A stretch of 64,000 nucleotides of DNA from Anaerohalosphaeraceae bacterium (GCA_963675525.2 CAXXSL010000001.1:256001-320000); one strand, 5' to 3'. Counted from the first letter of the stretch, positions 1-10,271 are shown. Notes: generated by a model from the letters alone, not told the origin. Translations and numbers: made by a program.

Positions 1-652
1 CTCACAGAGGGAGGGGTTGTGATTTTGGTCCACGGGCTGGCACCCGTGGCTACAACATGGCGTCTGCTGCGCAGACTTTTGATGGTCGATGGACGAACAC
101 GGACGGTCATGGACCCATTCGGCTACGCTCAGGACAGGCTCCATGGACGGGGTGGACGTTTCGATTTTCTATGGACGAATGAGGATTGTTTTGTTCGACC
201 CCGTTGGGGTCGTGGGGGTTGGGGCGTGATTGTTTTCCCCGGGTTTCGCCCGGGGCTATTATTGTTCAAGCCCGTTGGGCTTATACATGCCCACGCAAGC
301 GTGGGCATGGCACCCGATGGTTACGGGTTCGACGCCTGGGGCTATTATTGTTTAAGCCCTGCGGGCTTATTGGAATTTTTCTGATATTTATGTCGCCCGC
401 TGTGCGGGCTCACAGAGGGAGGGGTTGTGATTTTGGTCCACGGGCTGGCACCCGTGGCTACAACATGGCGTCTGCTGCGCAGACTTTTGATGGTCGATGG
501 ACGAACACGGACGGTCATGGACCCATTCGGCTACGCTCAGGACAGGCTCCATGGACGGGGTGGACGTTTCGATTTTCTATGGACGAATGATGATTATTTT
601 GTTTGACCCCGTTGGGGTCGTGGGTTGTGTGATTGTTTACCCCGGGTTTCGC
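1..652. repeat. Direct repeat with 408-bp period, built from REP-like palindromic units
   Basis: 1-182 is identical to 409-590, and similarity continues with mismatches to about 250/652. Hairpin units include CCACGGGctggcaCCCGTGG, CCCCGGGtttcgCCCGGGG and ATGCCCACGCaaGCGTGGGCAT. Confidence 0.9.
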
Positions 653-734
653 TGGCGCTTACCCGCGGCTGTTATGAGGCCATCTTACAAGTCTTATATT
701 TTAAAACCAACAATTTTTTTGTTTTTTACTTCAT

Positions 735-900
735 ATCGATATTCCTTGTCTTTCAAGATTGATCGCTCAGTCTGTTATTCGTGCTCGAAGCACACGTTAA
801 TCGATTCGTTCTTCCTGAGGTGCCGCCAACAATCTACAATCGTGTTCAAGACACAAGCCTCGGGCCGTGGTCGGCACGTCGTGGTGAGCTTCAATCCATT
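735..900 (-). ncRNA. Putative bridge/seek RNA of the IS110 element
   Basis: 856-864 read on the minus strand is CCCGAGGCT, matching target cccgNggCT at 8/9. 834-839 is CTACAA (core plus right target). These flank a hairpin at 842-854 inside stem 820-828/868-877. 771-778 TCTGTTAT matches the predicted circle junction. Boundaries and strand are inferred. Confidence 0.75.
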
Positions 901-910
901 CGTATACTGT

Positions 911-1993
911 TTAAGCTTTTTCCGCCCGATAGGGTTCATTTTTTATCAACATGCGCCACAGATGCACGGTCAGTTTTCGAGCCACCGCAGTGATCGCTTT
1001 CTGTTTGATACCCCCATTGCTGTGACAAATCCGCCAAAAGTATTGTTTGGCCTTAACATCAACGGCAACCCACTGCCATGCGGCTTGAATGAGTGTGCAA
1101 CGAAGGGACGGCTTCCCGTCCCGATTGATGGGGCCGGATGTACTTTTTGAACCGCTTTGATGGATCGTCGGGGCCAATCCGACATATTTGACCACTTGGC
1201 AGGATGTCTCAAAATGGTCATAGTGGAACACTTCCGTAACAAACTGTCGTGCTGTCACCGGTCCGATGCCGGGATGTGTTTGAAGTAATGCAATCCGCTG
1301 GCCGGTTGGTGTTGACCCCATCCTTTCGTCCAGGAGACGCTCAAGCACCGTCAGTCTGTCAGAATGGTAGTCCAGGTCGCTGAGTAACGCGTCCAGTGAC
1401 AAACGTAATGGCTTTGGCAGCCGCAAGGCTCGGAGGGCGTCGATGCTTTTACCAGACCAATATTTGAGCCCTTCCGGTTCCGTCAGCCCGTGTTGTAATA
1501 AAAATGACTTGATTTGAGTTTTGACACAGGCTCCGTTTTTTCGTTGACGATGCCGCATCCGGCACAACTGTCGGTCCCCCTCCTGCTGGACCGAAGGAAT
1601 GGTCACCGGTTTGAGGAGCCCCTTGGCCAGATAACACGCCAGTTTTTTACTGTCCAGGCGATCTGTCTTGTCCTCTTTGGCGGCCGGCCGGGGCGTTTTA
1701 GAGGTGGCCGCAATAGTCACGGGCAGATGGTGTTTTTGTAAGGTGCGAGCCAATGAATAGCCCGTGGGCCCGGCTTCGTAAACAATCTCTTTGATGGCGT
1801 GCTGGACCGGTTTGAGCTGTTCAATAAGTTGATTGGGATTCGACGGCATGACAAAATCAAGAGCGGGGGTGTCGTTTAAGTGCAGCGCGACATGATACGT
1901 TTCCTTATGGGTGTCAATACCAATAAACAATGCATCGTTACGGGTTAAACGGATAGTGTTGAAAAATGTCTGTACCTTTGATAGACTACGCAT
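911..1993 (-). CDS. IS110 family transposase/recombinase (DEDD RuvC-like plus Tnp20 domain)
   Basis: Motifs FIGIDTHK, VYEAGPTG, KTDRLDS, PGIGPVTA, GLAPTIHQSG and AITAVARKL. ATG at 1993 chosen as start. Confidence 0.95.
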   Translation of the reverse strand: MRSLSKVQTFFNTIRLTRNDALFIGIDTHKETYHVALHLNDTPALDFVMPSNPNQLIEQLKPVQHAIKEIVYEAGPTGYSLARTLQKHHLPVTIAATSKTPRPAAKEDKTDRLDSKKLACYLAKGLLKPVTIPSVQQEGDRQLCRMRHRQRKNGACVKTQIKSFLLQHGLTEPEGLKYWSGKSIDALRALRLPKPLRLSLDALLSDLDYHSDRLTVLERLLDERMGSTPTGQRIALLQTHPGIGPVTARQFVTEVFHYDHFETSCQVVKYVGLAPTIHQSGSKSTSGPINRDGKPSLRCTLIQAAWQWVAVDVKAKQYFWRICHSNGGIKQKAITAVARKLTVHLWRMLIKNEPYRAEKA

Positions 1994-2249
1994 GGGCCAT
2001 CCTTTCGATAATGGTTCCGGTTTAGGGTTCAAAAACCATTATAAGAACTTTTGGATGGCCTACATATTATCTACAACATGACGTCTGCTGCGCAGACTTT
2101 GGATTATCGATTGACGAATGACGAATTATGATTGGGTGGGATTTTTCTGTTTAAATAGATTCTTCGCTTTGCTCGAAATGACAATTAAATGGTGGGCATG
2201 GCCCACCCTACAGACTACAGACTACAGACTACAGACAAGAGATTTCAAA

Positions 2250-2915
2250 TCATTCCATTTCAGTTTCGAGTTGGTGGGGCAGGTTTTCGAGGGGGCATCC
2301 TTTGCAGAGTGGTTTTCGTTTGCAGTGTTCTTTTCCGAGCTGGACGATGAGGGCGTGGTATTCGTTGAAGAGCCGGCTGTCATGTTCGAGGCCGGAATGA
2401 AACAGTTCCTGTATGTCCTGATAGCCGCAGCCGGGTTCGAGGAATCCGTGGCGGCCGAAGATGCGGGCGGTGTAGGCATCGACGACGAAGAGGGGCTTGT
2501 CGAAAGCGTACAGGCAGATCGAGTCGGCTGTTTCGGGGCCGATGCCTTTTAACGACAGCAATTGCTCGCGGAGTGTTGAAGTCGACAGGGCCGCAAGGCT
2601 TTCGATGGAACCATCATGTTTTTTAAACAGCCAGTCAATGAATCCTTTTAGACGCTGTGCCTTCTGGTTGAAATAACCGGCGGGACGTATCAGCCCGGCG
2701 AGGGTTTCAACATTGAGATTCCGGAGTTTTTCAGGAGTCAGGCAGTCGTTTTCGGCCAGATTGGCGAGTGCTTTTTCGACATTCTTCCAGTTGGTGTTCT
2801 GGGTCAGGATAGCCCCGATGATGGTTTCAAACGGTCCATCTCCCGGCCACCAGCCTTGCGGGCCGTAGCGGTCATACAATCGCTTGTAAATGTCCATTAG
2901 CTGCGGACGGCTCAT
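2250..2915 (-). CDS. Endonuclease III-related HhH-GPD DNA glycosylase
   Basis: YGPQGWWPG, GAILTQNTNW, GIGPETADSI, VVDAY and C-terminal CKRKPLCKGCPL. Confidence 0.9.
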   Translation of the reverse strand: MSRPQLMDIYKRLYDRYGPQGWWPGDGPFETIIGAILTQNTNWKNVEKALANLAENDCLTPEKLRNLNVETLAGLIRPAGYFNQKAQRLKGFIDWLFKKHDGSIESLAALSTSTLREQLLSLKGIGPETADSICLYAFDKPLFVVDAYTARIFGRHGFLEPGCGYQDIQELFHSGLEHDSRLFNEYHALIVQLGKEHCKRKPLCKGCPLENLPHQLETEME

Positions 2916-3023
2916 TTGTATTCGATCTCCCGGTAAATTTGATTTTAGTTTTTTCCTTTTACTTTTGACGCGTTTGATTATACTTTCTGGGTCTTTGAAA
3001 GCAACCCCTTTAGGGAAATCCTG

Positions 3024-3875
3024 TTGAGACGACGTTATGACCGACAATCCGTTTCAGGACAGTTGGTTCCGAGCCTTCCGAATTCGTATGCGGAACGGAC
3101 GAGCCGGCCGATCTATGCGCTGGCTTATCTGCTGGGTTTTCTGGCGCTGTACGAATTGGGCATTCTGTTTATCCAGTCTGAAGCGCTGACCCAGTCTCTG
3201 AACCAGCCGGAAGGACAGGTGGTGGCGTTCTACTGGGTCAGGACAGCACTGCATTATCTGGGTTTTTCGACACGCATGACATGGGTGGCTGCGCCCTTGG
3301 TGGTAATCGTGATTTTGCTGACGCTGCAGGCGACGAGCAAAAGTTCGTGGCACGTAAAAGCGGGTGATTTTATTTTGATGACCGTCGAGTGTGTACTGCT
3401 GGCGATCCCGCTGATCGTCCTGAGTCTGCTGCTGAACCGCTCGGGTTCATCGGAGCCGTCTGCCGCGACGGCGGCACTGAGCACAGCGGTTCAAAATCGC
3501 CTGTTGGTGGATATTGTGACCGGTATCGGGGCGGGGATTTACGAGGAACTCGTTTTCCGGCTGCTGCTGATCTGTTTCCTGATGCTGCTGTTTCAGGATG
3601 TCTGTGGACTTAAGAAAGGTACGGCGGTGTTTTGGTCGGTTGTTATTTCGGCGGTGACGTTCAGTGCACATCACCACTTTTTCTATGCGAATGGTCAGTT
3701 TTATCGGGGTGAGGCATTTACGGTCGGCAAGTTTATCTTTCGTGCCCTGGCGGGGGTTTACTTTGCGGCTCTTTATGCGATACGGGGGTTCGGTGTGACT
3801 GCGGGGACCCATGCATTTTACAATATTCTGGCGGCGTTTTTAAGAATGGTTGTTTTTACGATTCCCATAAAATAA
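3024..3875 (+). CDS. CPBP family intramembrane glutamic endopeptidase (CAAX protease-like)
   Basis: Several TM helices, YEELVFR, FSAHH and AGTHAFYN motifs. Start uncertain. Confidence 0.85.
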   Translation: MRRRYDRQSVSGQLVPSLPNSYAERTSRPIYALAYLLGFLALYELGILFIQSEALTQSLNQPEGQVVAFYWVRTALHYLGFSTRMTWVAAPLVVIVILLTLQATSKSSWHVKAGDFILMTVECVLLAIPLIVLSLLLNRSGSSEPSAATAALSTAVQNRLLVDIVTGIGAGIYEELVFRLLLICFLMLLFQDVCGLKKGTAVFWSVVISAVTFSAHHHFFYANGQFYRGEAFTVGKFIFRALAGVYFAALYAIRGFGVTAGTHAFYNILAAFLRMVVFTIPIK

Positions 3876-4052
3876 TTTCATTTTTTTTCGCGTTGTTAGT
3901 TCTTTATTTCATTCAACTTGTAAGATATTCGTCCGATAAAGGAGACTGGTCGCCGTATCAGTACTGATAAGGGGGTTGATTTTGGGTGCCTGTTTTGGTT
4001 ATAATGCACAGAGTTAAACAGAGACCAATGCCTAAGTTATAACGAGAGGACT

Positions 4053-4601
4053 ATGGATTCACCGAAAAGCCATCTAGCGGTCAGTGAGCTTAATTTCTCC
4101 CTCTTTCAGCGTCCGCTGCATCCGGAACTGTTTACGGTTTATGCGCGTCGGCATATCAAGACGGAGCAGTATGAGTCGACGATCTGGGCAACGGGCGGGG
4201 CGCATGTGATAAGTCTGTACACAGGTGATCTTTGTTTGACCGAACTGATCAGTGCACCGGGACAGTTGCTTCCGCGTCGCGGACTGATCGAACGATTCCA
4301 GTTCCGCGGTCAGCGCAATCATAAGTGCACACTGAGCCGGGGTCTGAGTTATATGACGGACTTCCAGGTTGAAAAGATGAGTTCCAATCTGTACCGGCAA
4401 AGTCACCATGATCTGGAACGTTTCGCCCGGAACCGGGGGATGTTTATCACATTCGCTAATTTGGCAGTGGGGGGGTTGGAACCGTTCAGTTATATTGATT
4501 TCGAGGCCCGCCGGGATGAATTACATGTTCATGCGTTCCATGCCTATCCGGAACAGGTAACCATCATTAAAACACAATCCCTGTTTGACCTGCATCAATA
4601 A
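4053..4601 (+). CDS. Conserved hypothetical protein, DUF2617-like
   Basis: RPLHPELF near the N-terminus and HAYPEQVTIIKTQSLF at the C-terminus. GAGGA RBS. Confidence 0.65.
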   Translation: MDSPKSHLAVSELNFSLFQRPLHPELFTVYARRHIKTEQYESTIWATGGAHVISLYTGDLCLTELISAPGQLLPRRGLIERFQFRGQRNHKCTLSRGLSYMTDFQVEKMSSNLYRQSHHDLERFARNRGMFITFANLAVGGLEPFSYIDFEARRDELHVHAFHAYPEQVTIIKTQSLFDLHQ

Positions 4602-4641
4602 GACACCAGCGAACGTCACATAGAGTCAAGCAGTGACAGGC

Positions 4642-5643
4642 CTACGTTGTTGCGTTGGATTGTTTTGAGCGTTCCACCAGAATATCCATCTTGCTTCTGA
4701 TTTCAGCGGCCATACGACTGTTGGGGAAGTTATGCATGATTTGTCTTCCCAGATACAGGGCTTTGTCCCAGTTTTTTTCTGTGACGGCAACCGAAAATTC
4801 AACGCCCACATTGTGAAGTTTTGTCTTGAATACGGTACTGGCTGATTCCCGCAATGCCAATGCTTCGGCAGGCGTCAGGTATAAATCCAGTTCTTTGAGG
4901 ATTTCCAGTCCGCGGTCTGTTTCTTTATTGCGCACTGCAATATCCCAATCCGCCAGCAACTGGCGTTTATGCCGATCTTTACGTTCCTGCAGGTGAACGG
5001 GCATCTTTTTAGCTTTGTCGGAATAAGGGAAAGTCCGATTGAGATTTTCGATCTGTGCGGCGGCCTGGATCCAGAGTTTCTGGTCAAACAGTTCCTCGAT
5101 ATACGCGATGATCTGGTTGACGCGTCCTTCTTCGGTGGCCGTTCGGTATTTGTCTGCTTTCTGTTGAAGGCGGATAGAAAGCTCCTGGTATTTGGGATGC
5201 CCGGCCATCCCGGCGATCATGGCGAAAGCGTCGTCGAAGTCATGCTGATGCAATTTGCTCAACACTGCTTCGCCGAGTTCCATCTGTTCGGAATCCCGAT
5301 AGACAATTTCCTTTGCGGTGTCGCTGAGCCTTGAGGCCTGTGAAACCTGGGCCATCAGGTTATTCCCGCGCGAGAGCATCTCGACGGCATTGTCCAGTAT
5401 TTCGCTGTTGGTTTTCAGCCTTGCGGCAATTTCACGCAGGAGCATAAGGTTGGCGAACAGCGCAAAGAGTCCACCCGCATACAACAGGACTTTGCCGATG
5501 ACCATGGCTTTGGATTGTCCGTCTTCTGAGCGTATAAAGAGATCGATCAGTAAAAAGACCGCAGCTGAAAGGACAATCAGGATGAACATTGACTCGCAAC
5601 CGAAATGGCGGGAATGCCGATGCTTGCGATTATGAAAATACAT
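4642..5643 (-). CDS. Hypothetical membrane-anchored helical protein
   Basis: 333-aa ORF with two N-terminal TM segments, a helical C-terminus and a GGAG RBS. Confidence 0.75.
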   Translation of the reverse strand: MYFHNRKHRHSRHFGCESMFILIVLSAAVFLLIDLFIRSEDGQSKAMVIGKVLLYAGGLFALFANLMLLREIAARLKTNSEILDNAVEMLSRGNNLMAQVSQASRLSDTAKEIVYRDSEQMELGEAVLSKLHQHDFDDAFAMIAGMAGHPKYQELSIRLQQKADKYRTATEEGRVNQIIAYIEELFDQKLWIQAAAQIENLNRTFPYSDKAKKMPVHLQERKDRHKRQLLADWDIAVRNKETDRGLEILKELDLYLTPAEALALRESASTVFKTKLHNVGVEFSVAVTEKNWDKALYLGRQIMHNFPNSRMAAEIRSKMDILVERSKQSNATT

Positions 5644-6092
5644 AGCTGGTGTCTCCTTACATCAGTGATTATTACATTTCATTTTGGAAATATAACAAAG
5701 CAAGCGTTTCACTATTTATCATATCAGATGTCGATAATCGTGTCAACGATTAAGATTATCCGGTAATTTTCCCGTGTCGTTTTAACCAATTAGTGTTTAA
5801 AAAAATAAACATTACATCTAAATCTAAAAAAAATCGGAGTTTAATCTATCAGGCAAAGAATCCGAGTGAACAGCAGTGTTGTTTCTGTTAAACATACCTG
5901 TTTTATTTGAAGAATCAGAACAGATATTATCGGGCCTTACAAAAGGCCGTTTTTGGGCTTATAAAGCACTATAAAAGCAGGTCATATTCAAGCCGGATAA
6001 TTTCCGTAATCACTTGGTATTTAAATTGCTCATCATTCGGTTGAAGGTTTGTAGCCCGACTAAGGTGTAATTGGCACAAAACAAAGGAGACG

Positions 6093-6356
6093 GTGATGGA
6101 TAAAGACATGACCTTTGAGCTGCTGGAAGAGTTGCTGGATAAAATTGGCACCTATCCGCATGTGTCTGCTGAAAATAGAGTAAAACTTTTGAAATTTGTT
6201 GGAAAACAAGGAAAAGAAGCTGAGGAACAACTTTCTTCGATTTTGAATTCTATCGATGATTTACGTCTATATATGAAATACTTGCTGTTTGATCTGGAGT
6301 CAACACGTCGTGAAAACAGCTATTTCAAAAAGCTTTTGGATGAAAAAGAATCATAA
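6093..6356 (+). CDS. Small conserved hypothetical protein
   Basis: AAGGAG RBS. The LRLYMKYLLFDLESTRREN motif resembles a small planctomycete protein family. Confidence 0.7.
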   Translation: MMDKDMTFELLEELLDKIGTYPHVSAENRVKLLKFVGKQGKEAEEQLSSILNSIDDLRLYMKYLLFDLESTRRENSYFKKLLDEKES

Positions 6357-6554
6357 TCGTTATGAATTGGATTTTAATTTCATTTTAAACTCACCAAAAT
6401 TACCCATTTCCATAAAAGTACCCCTGTGTTTTTGTCGATAGAATGAGTGCTTAATTATAGCATTAATAGCAAGTGAGGCCCTATATTGAACAAAGTTGTT
6501 CCGATAACGCTATAAGGTATTGTTGAAATTGCGGGTCTGTAGAGAGATGAGCAT

Positions 6555-6582
6555 TTGACAGTCTTTCGCTTCGTGATAGAAT
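6555..6582 (+). promoter_or_regulatory. Putative sigma70 promoter of clpC
   Basis: TTGACA (6555-6560), 16 bp, TAGAAT (6577-6582) with an upstream TG. Confidence 0.45.
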
Positions 6583-6632
6583 ATAAACCGGTTTAGGTAT
6601 TATAATGTTACTCCGAGATAAGAGGTAAACAG

Positions 6633-9165
6633 ATGTTTGAACGCTTTACAGATCGTGCCCCGCAAGGTAATGGCGCTGGCAAACCAGGAAGCTCAACGAT
6701 TTAATCATGAATATATCGGCACTGAACACATTCTGCTTGGACTGGTCAAAGAAGGCAGCGGTGTGGGGGCCAATGTTCTGAAGAATCTTGACGTGGATAT
6801 TAAAAAACTCCGGCTGGAAATTGAGAAACTTGTCAAAAGCGGGCCGGATATGGTGACAATGGGTAAACTGCCTCAGACGCCGCGGGCCAAAAAGGTCATT
6901 GAGTACGCAATCGAAGAAGCCCGGTCCCTGAACCACAATTATGTTGGTACCGAGCATATTCTGCTGGGACTTTTGAGAGAAACCGAAGGCATTGCCGCAC
7001 AGGTACTGATGAACCTGGGGTTGAAACTGGAAGATGTTCGCCAGGAAGTGTTGAACCTGTTGGGAGCCGGGGTAGAAGACAACGCCTATCAATCCATGGG
7101 TATGAAAATGAATCCCCAGGCTGCTCAGGCGGCCAAAGCCAAGAGCAAAACACCGGCTCTGGACAGCTTTGGGCGTGATTTGACGGAACTGGCCGCAAAA
7201 AATGAATTGGACCCGGTGATCGGCCGGGCCGATGAAATCGAGCGGTTGGTGCAGATCCTTTGCCGCCGGACAAAAAATAATCCGGTTCTTCTGGGTGAAG
7301 CCGGCGTCGGTAAGACGGCGATCGTGGAAGGATTGGCACAAAAGATCACCGGCCATGTGGTTCCGGAAATACTCAAAGACAGACGGCTGGTTGTGCTGGA
7401 TCTTGCGATGATGGTTGCGGGAACCAAATACCGCGGCCAGTTCGAAGAACGCATCAAGGCGGTCATTAACGAAGTTCGTCGAGCAGGGAATGTGATTTTG
7501 TTCGTGGATGAACTGCATACACTGGTCGGTGCCGGCGGCGCTGAGGGGGCGATTGATGCATCCAATGTACTCAAGCCTGCCTTGGCCCGAGGCGAGGTGC
7601 AGTGTATCGGGGCCACCACCTTTGATGAATATCGAAAATACATCGAAAAGGATGCGGCACTGGAACGCCGCTTCCAGACAATTGTGGTTGATCCGCCCAA
7701 CAAGGAGGAGACGGTAGAGATTCTGAAAGGGCTGCGTGACCGTTATGAGGCGCATCATCGAGTCCACTTTACGAATGAGGCATTGTACCAGGCGGTCGAG
7801 CTTTCATCCCGCTATATTTCGGGTCGCTGTCTGCCCGATAAGGCGATTGACGTGATCGACGAATCGGGAGCCCGTGTGCGATTGAAAAACATGACCCCGC
7901 CGCCGAATCTGGCGGAGTTTGAATCCCGCGTGGAAAAGCTGCAGGCGGAAAAGGATGAAGCCGTCCGGGCTGCTGACTACGAACGTGCCGCGGCGCTGCG
8001 TGACGACATTCAAAGCATTCTGGATGAAAAAGCGGACGTGCAGCGTCAGTGGCAGGAGAAAAATAATGAAGTGATCGGTGATGTGGATGCGGAAATTATC
8101 GCTGAAGTCGTCAGCAAGATGACCGGTGTCCCGCTGACCCGACTGGCCAAAGAAGACGCTGAAAAGCTGTTGGAACTGGAAGCGGAACTGCACAAAACCG
8201 TTGTTTCGCAGGACGAAGCGATCACGGCGATCTCTAAAGCGGTCCGCCGGAGCCGAAGCGGCCTGAAAGACCCCAACCGCCCGATGGGAAGCTTTATCTT
8301 TATTGGCCCCAGTGGTGTGGGAAAGACATTGCTGGCGCGTGCCCTGGCGGAATTTATGTTTGGCGATGCGGATTCCCTGATCCAGCTTGACATGAGTGAA
8401 TATATGGAAAAGCACAATGTCAGCCGCTTGGTGGGAGCACCTCCCGGCTATGTGGGCTACGAAGAGGGCGGCCAGTTAACCGAACGCATTCGCCGCCGGC
8501 CGTATTCCGTGCTGCTGCTGGATGAGATCGAAAAGGCTCACTCCGATGTGTACAACATGCTGCTGCAGATCATGGAAGAAGGCCGTCTGACCGATTCGTT
8601 CGGCCGTTATGTCGATTTCAAGAATGTCATCCTGATCATGACCAGCAATATCGGCGCTGACCTGATCAAGAATCAGTCCGGTTTCGGTTTTGGCAAACGT
8701 TCCGAACAGGCCAATTATGAGAAGATGAAAGAGCTGCTGGACAAAGAAATGGAACGTCATTTCCGTCCTGAGTTCCTGAACCGTCTGGATGCTCAAATTG
8801 TGTTCCGTCCCCTGACGCGAGAGGACCTGACAACCATTGTGGAATACGAACTGAACAAGGTATTCAAACGATTGCTTGAGCATAATCTGCATCTGGAACT
8901 GGAGTCATCGGCGAAGGAGTTCCTGATCGACAAGGGATATAATCCGGAATTCGGAGCCCGTCCGCTGCGTCGGGCGATCGAGCATTATATTGAAGATCCC
9001 CTGTCCGAATCGCTGCTTCGCGGCAGTTTTAAGGGCAAGACCCTGATTCGCATCTCGGTTCAGGATGAAGAGCATCTGCGGTTTGACGGGGTTGACGCAC
9101 CGAAAGAGATCAGTCCCGACAGCGTTGTTGTTCATGCGGCCGAAAAAGCCGAGTCGGCCCAGTAA
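6633..9165 (+). CDS. clpC: ATP-dependent Clp protease ATP-binding subunit ClpC (one extra C near the start)
   Basis: MFERFTDRA from ATG 6633 joins RKVMALAN if one C of 6658-6661 is removed. Two Clp-N repeats, two Walker A motifs (GEAGVGKT, GPSGVGKT) and a UVR-like middle domain. Confidence 0.95.
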
Positions 9166-9232
9166 GGGACTTACAGGTGTCATGTTAAGAGAATTATAAT
9201 TCAATACGTTCAATATGACAGGAGAAAGAAAC

Positions 9233-9730
9233 ATGAAAACGAATCAATGGGTAACATTAGGTCTTATTCTTTTCATTGGAGCGGTGGGGGTGTTATGGGC
9301 ACAGGCTCAAGAGGAAGGTAAAAAAGACACTCAAATAACGGAACAAAAAGCGTCGCAGTCCGAGAACGCTTCACCGCGTAGCCGTCGAATCGATCCGTCT
9401 GCTGCCCGCAGCAGGACCGTCAATCGCGAACAAGGACGCCAAGAGAGAGCGGCCAGGCAGAGCGAAATGCACAGAGCTTCTCTGAAAGAACTGCAAGACA
9501 TTAAGACGATCGCGGAAGAAGAGGGCGCAACGCGAACCGTCGAGGCGATCCAGAAACTGATCGATAAGAAAAATGCCGAGTTCCAGAAAGGCATCGAACA
9601 GGCCGAACGGGCTCGCAGGGAAAGAGCCGCTCAAGTACAGAAACGCATGAAACAAGCTGAAGCTCAAAAGGCAAAGCCGGCTACTGAGGGCGAAGAAGGC
9701 AAAACGGAAACGACCGGCGAAGGCGACTAA
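9233..9730 (+). CDS. Hypothetical secreted coiled-coil protein
   Basis: Signal peptide MKTNQWVTLGLILFIGAVGVLWAQA, charged helical body and AGGAG RBS. Confidence 0.7.
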   Translation: MKTNQWVTLGLILFIGAVGVLWAQAQEEGKKDTQITEQKASQSENASPRSRRIDPSAARSRTVNREQGRQERAARQSEMHRASLKELQDIKTIAEEEGATRTVEAIQKLIDKKNAEFQKGIEQAERARRERAAQVQKRMKQAEAQKAKPATEGEEGKTETTGEGD

Positions 9731-9768
9731 AAACGGTTTTTATTAAAATGTTAGTTTAGACGATCCCG

Positions 9769-9808
9769 GCGGGGCTCAAAGCGAGAAGTTTTGGGTCCCG
9801 CTTTTTTT
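9769..9808 (+). terminator. Rho-independent terminator
   Basis: Stem gcggggctcaaa/tttgggtcccgc followed by T7. Confidence 0.7.
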
Positions 9809-9879
9809 GATTTTTGGCTGTGAATTAATGACGATTTTAAATGGCTGAATTTTGCGAGAACCGTCAAACTTCCAATCAT

Positions 9880-10229
9880 CACGAGCAGAATGAATATAAA
9901 CACACACAGTTCGGACAGAAAAAATAATCCGGAATATCGATAACAATCAATCCATCCTTTTAACAAAATGACGGTCAGTCCCAACCCGATCAAAAAGCTG
10001 CCGAGATACATTGGATTTCTTACGAGTTCATATGGGCCGGTTGAGATCAGACAGTTGCCGAACGTATGACACTGCTTTTTATACCCGCGAGCGGAAATCC
10101 GCAGGTTTGGTCAAGCATCAGGAGGATAAGGCCTGCGGCGTCCAGCAGATGTTCGACTACCGGGCTGTATGTAATGGAATGCAAGTTCCTGCGCAAAAGA
10201 TAACATGCAAATCCAGCAAGAAAAATCAC
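9880..10229 (-). pseudogene. Frameshifted remnant of an isoprenylcysteine carboxyl methyltransferase/PEMT-like gene
   Basis: One frame gives DAAGLILLML. After a shift near 10105-10112 the next frame gives LRISARGYKK...LISTGPYELVRNPMYLGSFLIGLG, the TGPYxxVRNPMY signature. No normal C-terminus follows. Confidence 0.6.
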
Positions 10230-10271
10230 TTTACCGTTGATAAAAATACTTCGCTTATTATAAATCTTAAT

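Larger units (their letters stand above)
671..2072 (-). mobile_element. IS110-family insertion sequence (IS1111-type) inserted at a CT core in a REP-like repeat
   Basis: Flanked by CT at 669-670 and 2071-2072. Removing it restores cccgcggCTacaacatgacgtctgctgcgcagac, matching uninterrupted copies starting at 43 and 451. Sub-terminal inverted repeats are aggccatc (677-684) and gatggcct (2054-2061). The long non-coding end lies downstream of the transposase. Confidence 0.92.

Noticed and set aside
1..660. CRISPR array, or the coding ORFs 19-384, 186-590 and 497-1150
   Set aside because: The repeats are long and palindromic without unique equal-length spacers, and no cas genes are present. The ORFs simply read through repeats and the IS end.
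2118..2552. ORF of 144 aa on the plus strand
   Set aside because: It runs through micro-repeats and is antisense to the endonuclease III-like gene.
6646..8892. Long antisense ORFs opposite clpC (and similar ones opposite dnaE, argH, pnp and the NtrC-family gene)
   Set aside because: Shadow ORFs expected from codon bias, with no recognisable motifs.
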